The notes under the pieces were generated by a model that did no database searches, was not told the origin of the DNA, and worked only from the letters and a program-made list of their open reading frames with translations. The position numbers were made by a program, and so were the translations under genes. A stretch of DNA of 36,512 nucleotides from Octopus bimaculoides (lineage: Eukaryota): assembly GCF_001194135.2 (NCBI RefSeq), contig NC_068991.1, forward strand, positions 31,464,139 through 31,500,650, given 5' to 3'. Shown here one piece after another: positions 10,923-22,296 of the stretch. Numbering within the stretch: position 1 is the first letter of the stretch; every line of letters starts with the position of its first letter.

Positions 10923-11149
10923 CATACACACACACATATATATACATACATACATACATGCATACATACATACACACATACATACATATCAATCAATATC
11001 TATTTAAAATTCAATAAAGTAATATGAATAATACGGGTGAAAAGGGTATAATCAGTCATTGGCACGAATCATACGGCGGTATGTTGTTCTTGGTCAATTC
11101 CTCTCGCGCTTTACACCTTGTAGAGTGTTAAGGAGCAGCCACTGCTGAT

Positions 11150-11640
11150 AGCATTCATTGGGTGATGTCGTAGTTGGTGGCCAACTCATCTGAATCAGCA
11201 TTCCTTTATCCTTGTTCTCATTTGCTTTTCGTCAGCCATCTGGTACAATGTATCTTGGAAACGTGGTCGTTATAGAATATCTGATGTATTTGCAGATGCT
11301 ATTGTACTCTTTATTCCTAGCCTCATAGAAGCACAGAACTACTTGAATCGTGTCATGCGAGAATCGAAGACAGAGTACATCATCATTAATATAAACGCAG
11401 ACGAAACAATAGGCGTCCTGGCAAATAGAAAGCGCCTATCCAGGGTTGATAAAATTAAATTACCTTAGATCGACTGTAACTGATCTCTCTCACAACTCAA
11501 GCAGTGACATCATAGACAAGGAGAGCGGCATGTGGAGCAACTTCAACCTCAACACCTCTGGTCGTCTGACATCAACCAAACAACGGGGATAAAAATGTAC
11601 AAAATGCAGCTCGAAACTGAGTCAGTCTCGCGATTATACT
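11150..11640 (+). mobile_element. Decayed RTE-like LINE RT C-terminal fragment
   Basis: Hand translation gives NVSWKRGRYRISDVFADAIVLFIPSLIEAQNYLNRV...ININADET, then YLRSTV and HLWSSDINQTTGIKMYK. Parallels the RTE motifs DLDFADD, GLxINxxKT and YLGS. Confidence 0.55.
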
Positions 11641-11924
11641 AGCTGATAGAGTGTAGTAGGTGTTCGCTCCGCCTGCCAACGATATATTGTATACGAAGGA
11701 TGCAGAGTGTTACACCGATAGCCTGCTGGCGGAGAATGTACTTGGGGTTAAACTAGGAGCAACATTCATCAGCCACTTTGATGTAGTGATTGACTTTACT
11801 GTTTATATGTGTTTGTGTGTGTGTGTGTGTGTGTATGTGTGTGTGTGTGTCTGTGTGTGTGTGTGTGTATGTGCGTGCGTGAGTGTGTGTATGCATATAT
11901 ATGTAATATATATATACATATATA

Positions 11925-12124
11925 TTCTTTTACTTGTTTCAGTCATTTGACTGCGACCATGCTGGAGCACTGCCTTTAGTCAGCAAATCGACCCCAGGAC
12001 TTATTCTTTGTAGGCCTGGTACTTATTCTATCATTCTCTTTTGCCGAACCGCTAAGTTACAGGGACGTCAACATACCAGCATTGGTTGTCAAGTGATGTT
12101 GGGGGACAATCACAGACACACCAG

Positions 12125-12125
<1 letters not shown>
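11925..12125 (-). mobile_element. SINE family 1, 3' half
   Basis: Reverse complement of the tgtttgtccccc...gactaaaggcggtgctccagcatggccgcagtcaaatgactgaaacaagtaaaa module seen in the fuller copies. Confidence 0.9.
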
Positions 12126-12168
<43 letters not shown>

Positions 12169-12548
12169 NNNNNNNNNNNNNNNNNNNNNNNNNNNNNNNN
12201 NNNNNNNNNNNNNNNNNNNNNNNNNNNNNNNNNNNNNNNNNNNNNNNNNNNNNNNNNNNNNNNNNNNNNNNNNNNNNNNNNNNNNNNNNNNNNNNNNNNN
12301 NNNNNNNNNNNNNNNNNNNNNNNNNNNNNNNNNNNNNNNNNNNNNNNNNNNNNNNNNNNNNNNNNNNNNNNNNNNNNNNNNNNNNNNNNNNNNNNNNNNN
12401 NNNNNNNNNNNNNNNNNNNNNNNNNNNNNNNNNNNNNNNNNNNNNNNNNNNNNNNNNNNNNNNNNNNNNNNNNNNNNNNNNNNNNNNNNNNNNNNNNNNN
12501 NNNNNNNNNNNNNNNNNNNNNNNNNNNNNNNNNNNNNNNNNNNNNNNN

Positions 12549-12617
<69 letters not shown>

Positions 12618-12872
12618 CTGTGTGTGGTCGCCTTAGACAGATGATACTTGTCAGCAAGTTATATCTTCTATATTTTCAGGCATTGAAAATAAAATAACAA
12701 AACAAAACAACGGAATTAAAACAAAGAACAAACATCAAAATATTCACAAACGGGGCTGAGTCGTTAGTGAATGGTTGCCTAGAGAAAAGGAACAGACGTC
12801 CATTCTTTAAAAGGAATTTCACATAAAGGAATCCAAAGTTGAAATCTTCGGTGGCATGACTGAAAATGAAAA

Positions 12873-12903
<31 letters not shown>

Positions 12904-13059
12904 TGTATATCTATATCTATATCTATATATCTATATATACATGTTTGTATGTATGTATACTATATGTCATATATTATTTATATAATATGAGCGTATATAT
13001 GCAATTACACGTGGAGAAAATTTTCTCTTATGGTAACAAGGTGTAAAAATATATCTGTC

Positions 13060-14095
13060 CAATGTCGCCGTCTATCAGATTCCCATGCAACGATGTTTAA
13101 GACATGCGCTGAGGCTGAGGCACCTCTGGCGCTACATAGGTGAACAGGTGTGGAATCCGCTGGCAGAGAGTTTCTTTCCGCGACAGGCCTCTTTGGAGGA
13201 GTTTAAACCAAGTTTCATAAAAAGACGTAACTTGACTGAATGGCAAAAAGAGAGCTGACAGGCACATGTGCCAATCCACAAGGCGAGCAAGGCTGACAGC
13301 GTGAGTACCACCTCGATACTCTATAGCGGGCTGGTAAAGTTCAAGAGGGATGACGTCCTAGAAGAGACTCTGGAGCTCGATGAGGGCCAGTTAGCTAACC
13401 TGTTCAAAAGAACTTTCGGGCCGGGGTACCTGGATAACAAGCAGAAATCCCTGACCTGGCAGTGCTATAGAAGTGCTTTACCTGTTCGTGATAAACTGCC
13501 TAGTCATGGAATGTCTGTGCCACCGGCATGCCCAAGGTGCTGGCAAGATGATGAAACCGTTCTGCACGCCCTTGTTTAGTGCCCGGAATTTTCGGGCTGT
13601 GCTGTCGTATCTGGGAAGAGTACAGCTATCAGCTAAGTCCATGATTGAGATTGCACCGCCACTCGGACTGTCAAAGGAAGGTAAGGCGTGTTTCTTATGC
13701 ACAGTTGCAGTACTGAAAGTGTGTATATGGAAATCTAGAATGAAAGGAGTCGCGACGGAAACATTAATCTCCGGCGCTGGCTTGCTACACTACTATAGAT
13801 ATCACCTGAAGAGCAAGATAGGGCTGGAGAAAAGATGCCTGTCACGAAGTGTATACGGGAAAAGATGGAAGGATGTGGAAAGAAAGTTGGAGTGAATGAC
13901 CCTGCTTAATTTCAACCATAGTAAAGTAGTACAGTGAAGCCGGTGAACTTCACGGCCAAGTTTTAAAATGTTTTTATTATATTTAAATACATCATCATAT
14001 TTTAAAACTCATTTATGAACCCATGAACACTTTTTAATTGTGATATCCTGTATTGTCCTCTCTATGTCCGATAAATGTTATCATAATAAAGAATA
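13060..14095 (+). mobile_element. Tx1/L1-like LINE, 5' truncated 3' fragment (zf-RVT, C-terminus, 3' UTR)
   Basis: KSLTWQCYRSALPV...CPRCWQDDETVLHALV*CP and FLCTVAVLKVCIWKSR, homologous to 27050-27530. UTR ends in aataaagaa. Confidence 0.85.
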
Positions 14096-14467
14096 CATCT
14101 CAAGCAGACGAGGTGTCCAGTACCGAAGAGTGACAGAAATAGCCCGAAATCAGGACTGATCTACTGGTCTACTAGTTTCGTCACTAGAACGTGGTAGGGG
14201 TTTGCACCCTACCCGCAATTTATCGGATGTAGCTCTGCATTGTTAACCAGCTAGAGCAGATATCCTCTTGGGGTTAAAAAATCGCAGTAGAGTCTGTTCG
14301 AACGGACAGCCATGTTGAAGCGGCTACAAATATCATTTATATATATATGTGTGCGTGTACGCGCGTGTGTATGTATGTGTGTGTGTGTATAATGTACATG
14401 TATGTATGTACGTAAGTATGTATGTATGTACGCATGTATGTATGTACGTATATATGTATATATGTAT

Positions 14468-14565
14468 ATGCGTGGCATCTTGGGCAAATGTCTTCTACTA
14501 AAACTTCGGGCCAACTAAAGACGTATGTGAATTCGATCGACAGAAACTAAAAGAAGCACGTCGCG
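14468..14565 (+). mobile_element. SINE family 1, degenerate head fragment
   Basis: gcgtggcatcttgggcaaatgtcttctacta...gacagaaactaaaagaagcacgtcg matches the head of the 15725 copy. Confidence 0.7.
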
Positions 14566-15690
14566 TACAAGAGTCGGTTGAAATGTTCATAAGTTGACCA
14601 AGATGCTCTCATGTAATTTGACCAAATTGAAGCTGCTTTTCAATATAGACCCCCCCCCCTTGCTGTCCACACGCTTCTTCCATCAGTGTTGCAGTGCTTG
14701 AATCCCACTTGTGTAGAAGCTTTCATCTTGTTGCTCAAAAACGTCATCAACAGCAAATATGACGTCATCATCGCTGTTAAATTGGTTCCAAATACTTTTT
14801 CATGTTGAGGAACAGATGACAGTCAGATGGGGCCAAATCAGGAGAATAAGGAGAATAGTAACGCAGCCATTGAAACCAAGGACTCATGTTCCTGTGGAAA
14901 CAAGATGCCTTTCATCAGTTTTCCTGGGCGTTTGTTGTTCAAAGCCTTTCCTAACTGTGTGAGCAAGTTGGTATCGTACTTTTCCGATAGTTTGGCCCTT
15001 TTCAAGATAAACACAATAGCTTTTACATCCTAAAAACCTGAGGTCGTTACTTTCCCTGCAGATGAAACGACCTTGGCCTTGTTTGAAGCAAGGTGAGGAG
15101 GGTGTTTCGACTGCATGAATTGTCTCTTTGTCTCTGGCTCAAATTGATGAACCCAACACTAATCCTGGCTATGAAAACGTTCAGGGATTTCCTTGAACGT
15201 TGGATCTGCCTCAGACAACGTCAGATTTTCTCGTGGTGTGTTCAATCTGATGCGCATTTGATCAGCTGTCAGAAGACTTGGCACCCACGAAGCAGAAATG
15301 TTTTTGATGACAAGTTCATTTTACAGAATATTATCAACTCTTTCACGGAATATGCTAATAGATGCTATTTGATTTATTATCAATGGCCTATCATTCATCA
15401 CCATGTGGTGAAAACGATTAATGTTTTCATCGGTGACAGTTGCAGGACGTCCAGACCTTGGATCATTTTCATGACTCTCCCTTGTGTTCCTAAATCCAAC
15501 AGCCCACTTTTGCACTGTTGGAGCGTCATCTAATGTAGCAATCATGTCAGCATGAATGCCCTTGGGAGCTAAGCTGTTTTTCTGCCGAATACTTGATAAC
15601 AACATGATGCTAAATGTTGTCTGTTTTCAAAAGAAGTGACTACTAGTTACTTTTGAAGTCTTCTTTGAACAGTCAGTTGTCAGTTTACCT
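14566..15690 (-). mobile_element. Mariner transposon, decayed transposase, one TIR visible
   Basis: HTH region with VQKW...DPRSGRP, SWVPSLL and PYSPDLAPSDCHLF motifs. TA-CAAGAGTCGGTTGAAATGTTC is TIR-like at 14566. Internal deletion near the second Asp. The other TIR was not found. Confidence 0.88.
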
Positions 15691-15724
15691 AGAAAGAAAC
15701 AAATACATTTATTAATAATAAATA

Positions 15725-16225
15725 TAGACGTAGGAGTGGATGTGTGGTAAGTAGCTTGCTTACCAACCACACGGTTCCGGGTTCAGTCCCACTGCATGGC
15801 ACCTTGGGCAAGTGTCTTCTACTATAGCCTCGGGCCGACCAAAGCCCTGTGAGTGGATTTGGTAGACGGAAACTGAAAGAAGCCCGTCGTATATATATNN
15901 NNNNNNNNNNNNNNNNNNNNNNNNNNNNNNNNNNNNNNNNNNNNNNNNNNNNNNNNNNNNNNNNNNNNNNNNNNNNNNNNNNNNNNNNNNNNNNNNNNNN
16001 NNNNNNNNNNNNNNNNNNNNNNNNNNNNNNNNNNNNNNNNNNNNNNNNNNNNNNNNNNNNNNNNNNNNNNNNNNNNNNNNNNNNNNNNNNNNNNNNNNNN
16101 NNNNNNNNNNNNNNNNNNNNNTCGGCAAAAGGGACCGATAGGATAAGTACTAGGGTCGATTTGCTTGACTAAAGGCGGTGCTCCAGCATGGCCACAGTCA
16201 AAAGACTGAAACGAGTAAAAGAGTA
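15725..16225 (+). mobile_element. SINE family 1 (tRNA-derived head, central microsatellite in gap, tail)
   Basis: A-box-like tggatgtgtggtaag and B-box-like ggttcagtccc, head ends ...gaagcccgtcg(TA)n, tail follows the gap. Confidence 0.9.
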
Positions 16226-16239
16226 ATATATATATATGT

Positions 16240-16445
16240 ACGTGTGTGTATATGTTTGTGTGTCTGTGTTTGTCCCCCCAACATCACTTGACAACCGATG
16301 CTGGTGTGTTTACGTCCCCGTAACTTAGCGGTTCGGCAAAAGGGACCGATAGGATAAGTACTAGGGTCGATTTGCTTGACTAAAGGCGGTGCTCCAGCAT
16401 GGCCACAGTCAAATGACTGAAACAAGTAAAAGAGTAAAAGAGAGT
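16240..16445 (+). mobile_element. SINE family 1, second tail module in tandem
   Basis: Repeats 16122-16225, including the same internal deletion (tactagg|gtcgatttg). Confidence 0.88.
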
Positions 16446-16526
16446 ATTGGAATGCATGTATGCAAGATTTCATAGCTCTAGCATTACTCCTTCATAATTA
16501 GCATATGAACTTTTCAGCCCATCCTC

Positions 16527-16585
<59 letters not shown>

Positions 16586-16588
<3 letters not shown>

Positions 16589-17610
16589 CGGGTGTACCAA
16601 AATTGTCACGATCACAAACACTTAAAAATCCCTAAAACCAATAAACTAATCGATTTGTAATTTTACTTGTTTTCCAGATTAAACGTCTGGCCATACTGCC
16701 ACCAGTTTTTGTAAGAATCAATGAAATATCATAGTTAAGATATTTAAGTAAAAAGAGAACAGGCTAAAATCATTTTGTGCCAGCTCTACCTTGTCTTCCA
16801 AACTGATCAATGTTGAGGGGGCTGAGATCATCCAACATACATTCTCTGGCCTCCATCTTCAAAGTCCATTCAAGAACCATCAAGAGAATTGTCGATAAGT
16901 TTGAGAAAGAGGGAATAGTAGAGAGGAAAACTGGTTCAGAAGGTCATAACCACAAGAGAGATCATCATTTCAATCTGAAGCTGAAGAGACCAATCAGAAG
17001 AGATCCAATTCAATCCATAAGACGCTTGGCACATGAGAGAGGAGTTTCAGCATTAGCAGTTCAAAGAGAAGTAGCAGAAGACTTGAAAATTAAATCACAC
17101 GTGAGACCTGTGAGGCACTTTGTTACTCCAGTACAAAAGAGAGAGCTAGGAATGTCATTTTCAGACGCAAAAACCCTGCCAAAGTAATGGTTTTCGCCTG
17201 CGTGGCCTCTTGTGGCAAGAAGATGACTTTCTTCATGTTTGAGAAGGCTGAGAGACTGACAGATTTTGAAAGAGCTAAAGACCTGTATTCTTTCTGAATA
17301 TCTTGAGGCAAGAGAAGTGGGAAACTCCCAACAAGATCACTAAGGACTTCAAGTTTACATTCGAGAAAGACGGAGCTCCTTGCGACACAAGTGAAGTAGC
17401 TCAAAGTTTTCTCAGGGACAAGTTTGTAAACAGGTTTGGGGATAAGGAAATTTGACCCCCTTCATCACCTGATTTTAACCCTTTAGACTTCAGCATCTGG
17501 AATGAACTGGTCAGAAAAGTTTATGAGAAGTCCTACAGTAATCTGCAAGCTCTCTATACGTAGGACGTAGGAGGAGGACATTGATAAGGAATTCATAAGA
17601 AAGCTGTAGT
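16586..17610 (+). mobile_element. maT-like (DDxD) Tc1/mariner transposon, internally deleted
   Basis: TA-CCGGGTGTACCAAAATTGTCAC is a left TIR-like end. HTH-like N-terminal ORF 16810..17187, then FSDAK, VMVFACVAS, FEKDGAP and I*PPSSPDFNPLDFSIW. Confidence 0.85.
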
Positions 17611-18006
17611 AGTAGTAGTAGTAGTAGTAACCGTGTTGGTAATGGTAAACGGGAGTGACTTCTATTCGTGTAAGCAGCAGTAGTTAATTGTTTACTACAA
17701 TTCAAGTCATCGCACTAGACAGCCATTATGTCCCCACAGAAAAAAACGCTCCCACGTGGGTTATGTTGACACCAGTAAGACAATTATGAACTTTTCTTTT
17801 AATTACATTTTTTTTTAAAATATGTATTTTTGATAAGGTTCGTTTTTTCAAGAACCGAAACATGTAAAATATCTCTGAGAAAATTATAAATTAAAATTTA
17901 TTTTATATAGTGGCGTTTTCAAACTTCTTTTTTATAAATATATATATATATATATATANNNNNNNNNNNNNNNNNNNNNNNNNNNNNNNNNNNNNNNNNN
18001 NNNNNN

Positions 18007-18220
18007 TACTCTTTTATTTGTTTCAGCCATTTGACTGCGGCCATGCTGGAGCACCGCCTTTAGTCGAGCAAATCGACCCCAGGACTTATTCTTTGTAAGC
18101 GTAGTACTTATTCTATCGATCTCTTTTGCCGAACTACTAAGTTACGGGGACATAAACACACCAGCATCGGTTGTCAAGCAATGTTGAGGGGACAAACACA
18201 GGCACACACACATACATACA

Positions 18221-18252
<32 letters not shown>

Positions 18253-18416
18253 CGACGGGCTTCTTTCAGTTTCCATCTACCAAATCCACTCACAAGGCTT
18301 TGGTCGGCCCGAGGCTATTGTATAAAGCACTTACCCAAGGTGCCACGCAGTGGGACTAAACCCGGAATCATGTGGTTGGTAAGCAAGCTACTTACCACAC
18401 AGCCACTCCTTCGCCT
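18007..18416 (-). mobile_element. SINE family 1, full length
   Basis: Complete head (aggcgaaggagtggctgtgtggtaag...), internal (TA)/(CA) microsatellite and tail. Confidence 0.93.
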
Positions 18417-18626
18417 ATATGTACGTATGTATATCATTTGAACATCTGAAATGTGGCCCCCGTTGCACCTGCACAAGTAATGACGATCTGATGAAGGGAG
18501 TGAGCTTATGTCTACACAAACATTTGAACATTGTAAACAAATCATCTGTGTGGTTCTTCGGTACGAAATTGTCAAACCGTCATACACCATCTAACGACTG
18601 GAGAGTCCATTATATATATATATATC

Positions 18627-18658
<32 letters not shown>

Positions 18659-18809
18659 ATTTCATTAGAAATATATGCTCTCTGATATATGTAATTGAGT
18701 GTTTATATTATCGGTGTGTATTGAGATGTGTATCATCTGAGTATATTGTGGTTCAATGCTAACCTGGTCTTGATGGTAGTTTCCACTGAAGTTGCAGGGA
18801 GTTATCGAA

Positions 18810-19110
18810 GTGGGGAACCATTTAAAGAAATCAGATCTTGTATTTAGGTAATTGACAGTAGGTTTTTTTTTTTTTTTTATTTAATTGACCCACTGTGTGT
18901 TTTCTCTGCTGTCGAATCCTGACATTTCTTGGCTCTGTTGGCATATGGTCTGTATATTCTGATAATTTTCTATATGATATTCTAAATCGAATTAAGCTTC
19001 TTCAGTTTCCAAATATAGTTGACCAGCGTAGTGGTAGTCTTCTTTCAACTTATTTCTTGAGAAGCTTATTTAGTTTGTTTGCCTTCTTTTAACTCGACGA
19101 TTCTATATAA
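18810..19110 (-). mobile_element. PLE GIY-YIG endonuclease C-half relic (Nematis-like)
   Basis: Hand translation gives TTTTLVNYIWKLKKLNSI*NII*KIIRIYRPYANRAKKCQDSTAEK, then YLNTRSDFFKWFPH. Aligns by eye with the 31.5 kb relic. Confidence 0.6.
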
Positions 19111-19159
19111 GATATGGAGAGGCTTAAAATATTAATATGGCGGTGGTTTCGTTTGTCTG

Positions 19160-19230
19160 AAGTTCTTCAAGGCGGTGCCCCAGCAGGGCCACAGTCCAAT
19201 GACAGACACAACAGGTAACAAGAAATAAAG
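19160..19230 (+). mobile_element. SINE family 1 tail fragment
   Basis: aaggcggtgccccagcagggccacagtccaatgacagacacaac matches the family tail. Confidence 0.65.
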
Positions 19231-19239
19231 ATTGTTATG

Positions 19240-19490
19240 GAATGGCGAAAGTGTAGTAGATTGCGATGATGGTGTGGAGCATGTTTGTAATTGCTGTAGT
19301 GGTGACGGTGGTGTAGTTAGTGGTGGTGATGATGGCGGTGATGGTGGTACCGTTGGAGTGATGGCTGTGGTTGGAATGGTGATGGTGATTGTGACGATTG
19401 TAGTCGTTTTGGCTTCTATTATTATGGTGATGGTTGTTGTGGTGGTAATTGTGGTGGTTGAGGTAGTAGTGGTTGTGAGAATAGTGGGAT
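19240..19490. repeat. GGT/GAT low-complexity tract
   Basis: Degenerate trinucleotide repeats. Similar tracts at 20740-21110, 21300-21412 and 29340-29450. Confidence 0.85.
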
Positions 19491-19931
19491 GTATTTCGGT
19501 AGAGAAAAACGATTTTTTAACGTTTAGTCAACGCTCACAAAGTGGACTCTGCTAAAGCCAACCAAAGTGTCAGGTGAGCGGGAAGGGGTTAAACTTGGGT
19601 GATGGATAGAGTCTACCACCCATGTGGGGTGGAATGGGAAGATTTGAACTCACAATACAGGATTTATTATAGTGCCTGTTTCACACCATCATATGACATA
19701 TAGCCGGCTCTAGTGACGCCCTCTCTACTAAAAACGTTTCCACCAGTTTTGGAGGATCTGTACAAAAGGGTCAGAGCACAGTCATTCTAGCAATAACTAA
19801 ACTTAAACAAAAACCAGCTGTACCATCATTGTTTCCTGTTGTTGTTTGGGGGAAAATAATGGTGTTGTAAGGATATAAGACTTTGCCTTACATCATTTTG
19901 GGGTCAATAAAATAAGAACCAGTTGGACACT

Positions 19932-20005
19932 AGAGTCGATGTAATCGACTAGCTCCTTCCACAAAATTCCAGGCATTGTACCTATAGTAGAAAGGATTAT
20001 TATCA
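19932..20005 (+). mobile_element. SINE family 2 tail fragment
   Basis: gtcgatgtaatcgactag...aggcattgtacctatagtagaaaggattatt matches the tail of 20035-20255. Confidence 0.8.
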
Positions 20006-20034
20006 TTGATATTATTATCATTATTGCGCTGGCG

Positions 20035-20255
20035 AAGGCGGCGAGCTGGCCGAATCGTTAGCACGCCGGGCGAAAAGCTTAGGATATTTCGCCTGCCGCA
20101 ACGTTCTGAGTTCAAATTCCGCTGAAGTTGACTTTGCCTTTCACCCTTTCGGGGTCGATAAATTCAGTACCAGTGAAACACTGGGGTCGATATAATCGAC
20201 TAGTCCCCTCCCCCAAATTTCAGGCCTTGTGCATATAGTAGAAAGGATTATTATT
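20035..20255 (+). mobile_element. SINE family 2, full length
   Basis: A-box-like tggccgaatcgttag, B-box-like gagttcaaattcc, central cctttcggggtcgataaattcagtaccag, (ATT)n tail. Confidence 0.9.
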
Positions 20256-20432
20256 GTGTTGACGACAATAATCCTAGACGATGGTAACGATAATGGAAGT
20301 GACATATACTTAAACATTCGTATATACATATGCGCATGCATGTACACACACTTCTGAACTTGCGCACACATATTATATATGTGTATATATATATAATCGA
20401 ACGCAACGCATCCATTTCCAAGTAAGTTTTAT

Positions 20433-20472
<40 letters not shown>

Positions 20473-21115
20473 AATACATACGTATACATACATACATACT
20501 TATAAATATGTGTGTGTGTTATGCTTGTTTCCCTCTAAATATGTTTGTATTTACACATGTATCTATGCGCAAGCGGACGTGTGCATTTGTCAAGATAATT
20601 ATTCTATCTCCTCACGTTCTAATGAGAACGACTGAATGCAGACAGCTAAGCCGCCATGTTCGTTTTGAAAACATCAGTTTTCACAGTAAGGTAAACAGAA
20701 CAATACCCATAGACTAAACAGAGGCTCTGTATGAAAACAACACACGCAGCAATGGCGTCAACAATAACAATAAACATTATCAATATCATCATCATTGTCC
20801 TCGTTGTTGTCTTTGTCGTCGTCACTATCAGCGTCCATGTTAATAAGATTGTTACTGACGTATTTGCTGCTGTTCTTTATGTTGTTCTGTTTGGTAAGGA
20901 TGATGATAATGATGATGATGGAGAGGAGGAAGGTCATCATGATCATGATAGTGTTGGTGGTGGTGGTGGTGGTGATGGTAGTTCTTGTGGTGATGGTGCA
21001 GGTGGTAATAAGGATGATGGGGACGACAACGAGGGGTGGATAAAAAAAGAACATTGGAATAGTAAATGACGATGATCCTCATAATAATGATGGTAATGAT
21101 AATTGTGATAACGAG

Positions 21116-21300
21116 GCGGAAGAGGAGGAAGGAGGAAGAGGAGGAAGGAGGAAGAGGAGGAAGGAGGAAGAGGAGGAAGGAGGAAGAGGAGGAAGGAGGA
21201 AGAGGAGGAAGGAGGAAGAGGAGGAAGGAGGAAGAGGAGGAAGGAGGAAGAGGAGGAAGGAGGAAGAGGAGGAAGGAGGAAGAGGAGGAAGGAGGAAGAG
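21116..21300. repeat. 16-bp polypurine tandem repeat (GAGGAAGAGGAGGAAG)n, about 11 copies
   Basis: Read directly; pure A/G on the + strand. Confidence 0.92.
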
Positions 21301-21413
21301 GATTTCTTATGATGATGATGGTGGTGGTGGCTGTTGTGGTGGTTTTGGTGTAAAGGACTATGTTGATGATAAGTATGATGATGATGTTGACAACGACGAC
21401 GATGATGGTGATG

Positions 21414-21624
21414 AGGCGGCGAGCTGGCAGAATCGTTAGTACGCTGGGCGAATTGCTTAGCAGTATGTTACTTGTCGCTATGTTCTGAGTTCCAATTCCG
21501 CCAAGGTCACTTGTGTCTTTTATCCTTTCGGGGTCGATAAATTAAGTACCAGTGATACACTGGGTCGATGTAATCGACTAGTCCACTTCCCCAAATGTCA
21601 GGCCTTGTGCCTATTGTAGAAATG

Positions 21625-21705
<81 letters not shown>
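21414..21705 (+). mobile_element. SINE family 2 with long (ATT)n tail
   Basis: Same organisation as 20035-20255. (ATT)n at 21625-21705. Confidence 0.9.
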
Positions 21706-22296
21706 GAGTGGAAGAGCAGTTCATGCCATCAAAGTGACACTGGGGTAATATATACGAAGCCCAATATACCCATCATGACTACCGGTCTGATAAGGGTACA
21801 CCAGGCACGTGCATCACAACCATATGTGCGCGACATAGTGATCTCATATNNNNNNNNNNAGGCACGTGCATCACAACCATATGTGCGCGACATAGTGATC
21901 TCATATCAAGATAAACAGCGCATGACATTGCAGGTGGGGCCCAGTTAGAATTTTCTTCAGGTCGAGTAGCCCGTCCCGCTCAAAAGATCCCTGAAGAAGG
22001 GTTGTTTAAGGATGTTGAACAAAACACCCATGTTTCCAGAGGTGAAATATCCAAGCTCCAACTATGATGCTTCCCCACTACTTCTGCTCGCCATCAAAGA
22101 TGTACATATTGTCAGCCATTAAGGGATATGCTTAACTGGTTAAGGTCAAGCAACTGACAAGCAAATCTGTGGTACTGAGCAGGATATTTGCTGTAGCCCA
22201 TCTTTTATAACAAGACAAAACAGTGTACATGATAACACTTCCAATCAGTTAAGATGAGAAGTCATGAGAGCCACTGCCTGGTACTGCATCAGGTCA
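21706..22296 (-). mobile_element. Unclassified non-coding ~590 bp element embedded in (AAT)n
   Basis: Complex sequence with no recognisable ORF and same-orientation (ATT)n on both sides (21625-21705, 22297-22323). Includes an artefactual overlap across a 10-N gap. Strand is inferred from the AAT tail. Confidence 0.55.

Noticed and set aside
15725-15800. tRNA gene
   Set aside because: A and B boxes are present but there is no complete cloverleaf. It recurs as a SINE head.
17755-17785. Right TIR of the maT-like element
   Set aside because: Only a short partial match (acaccagta) to the expected gtacacccggta; insufficient.
18488-18515. CUGAUGAAGGGAG hammerhead-like start
   Set aside because: No GAAA and no stem I partner. 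At most an unrecoverable relic.
21810-21908. 47-bp direct repeat either side of a 10-N gap
   Set aside because: An exact duplication flanking a minimal gap is typical of unmerged overlapping contig ends.
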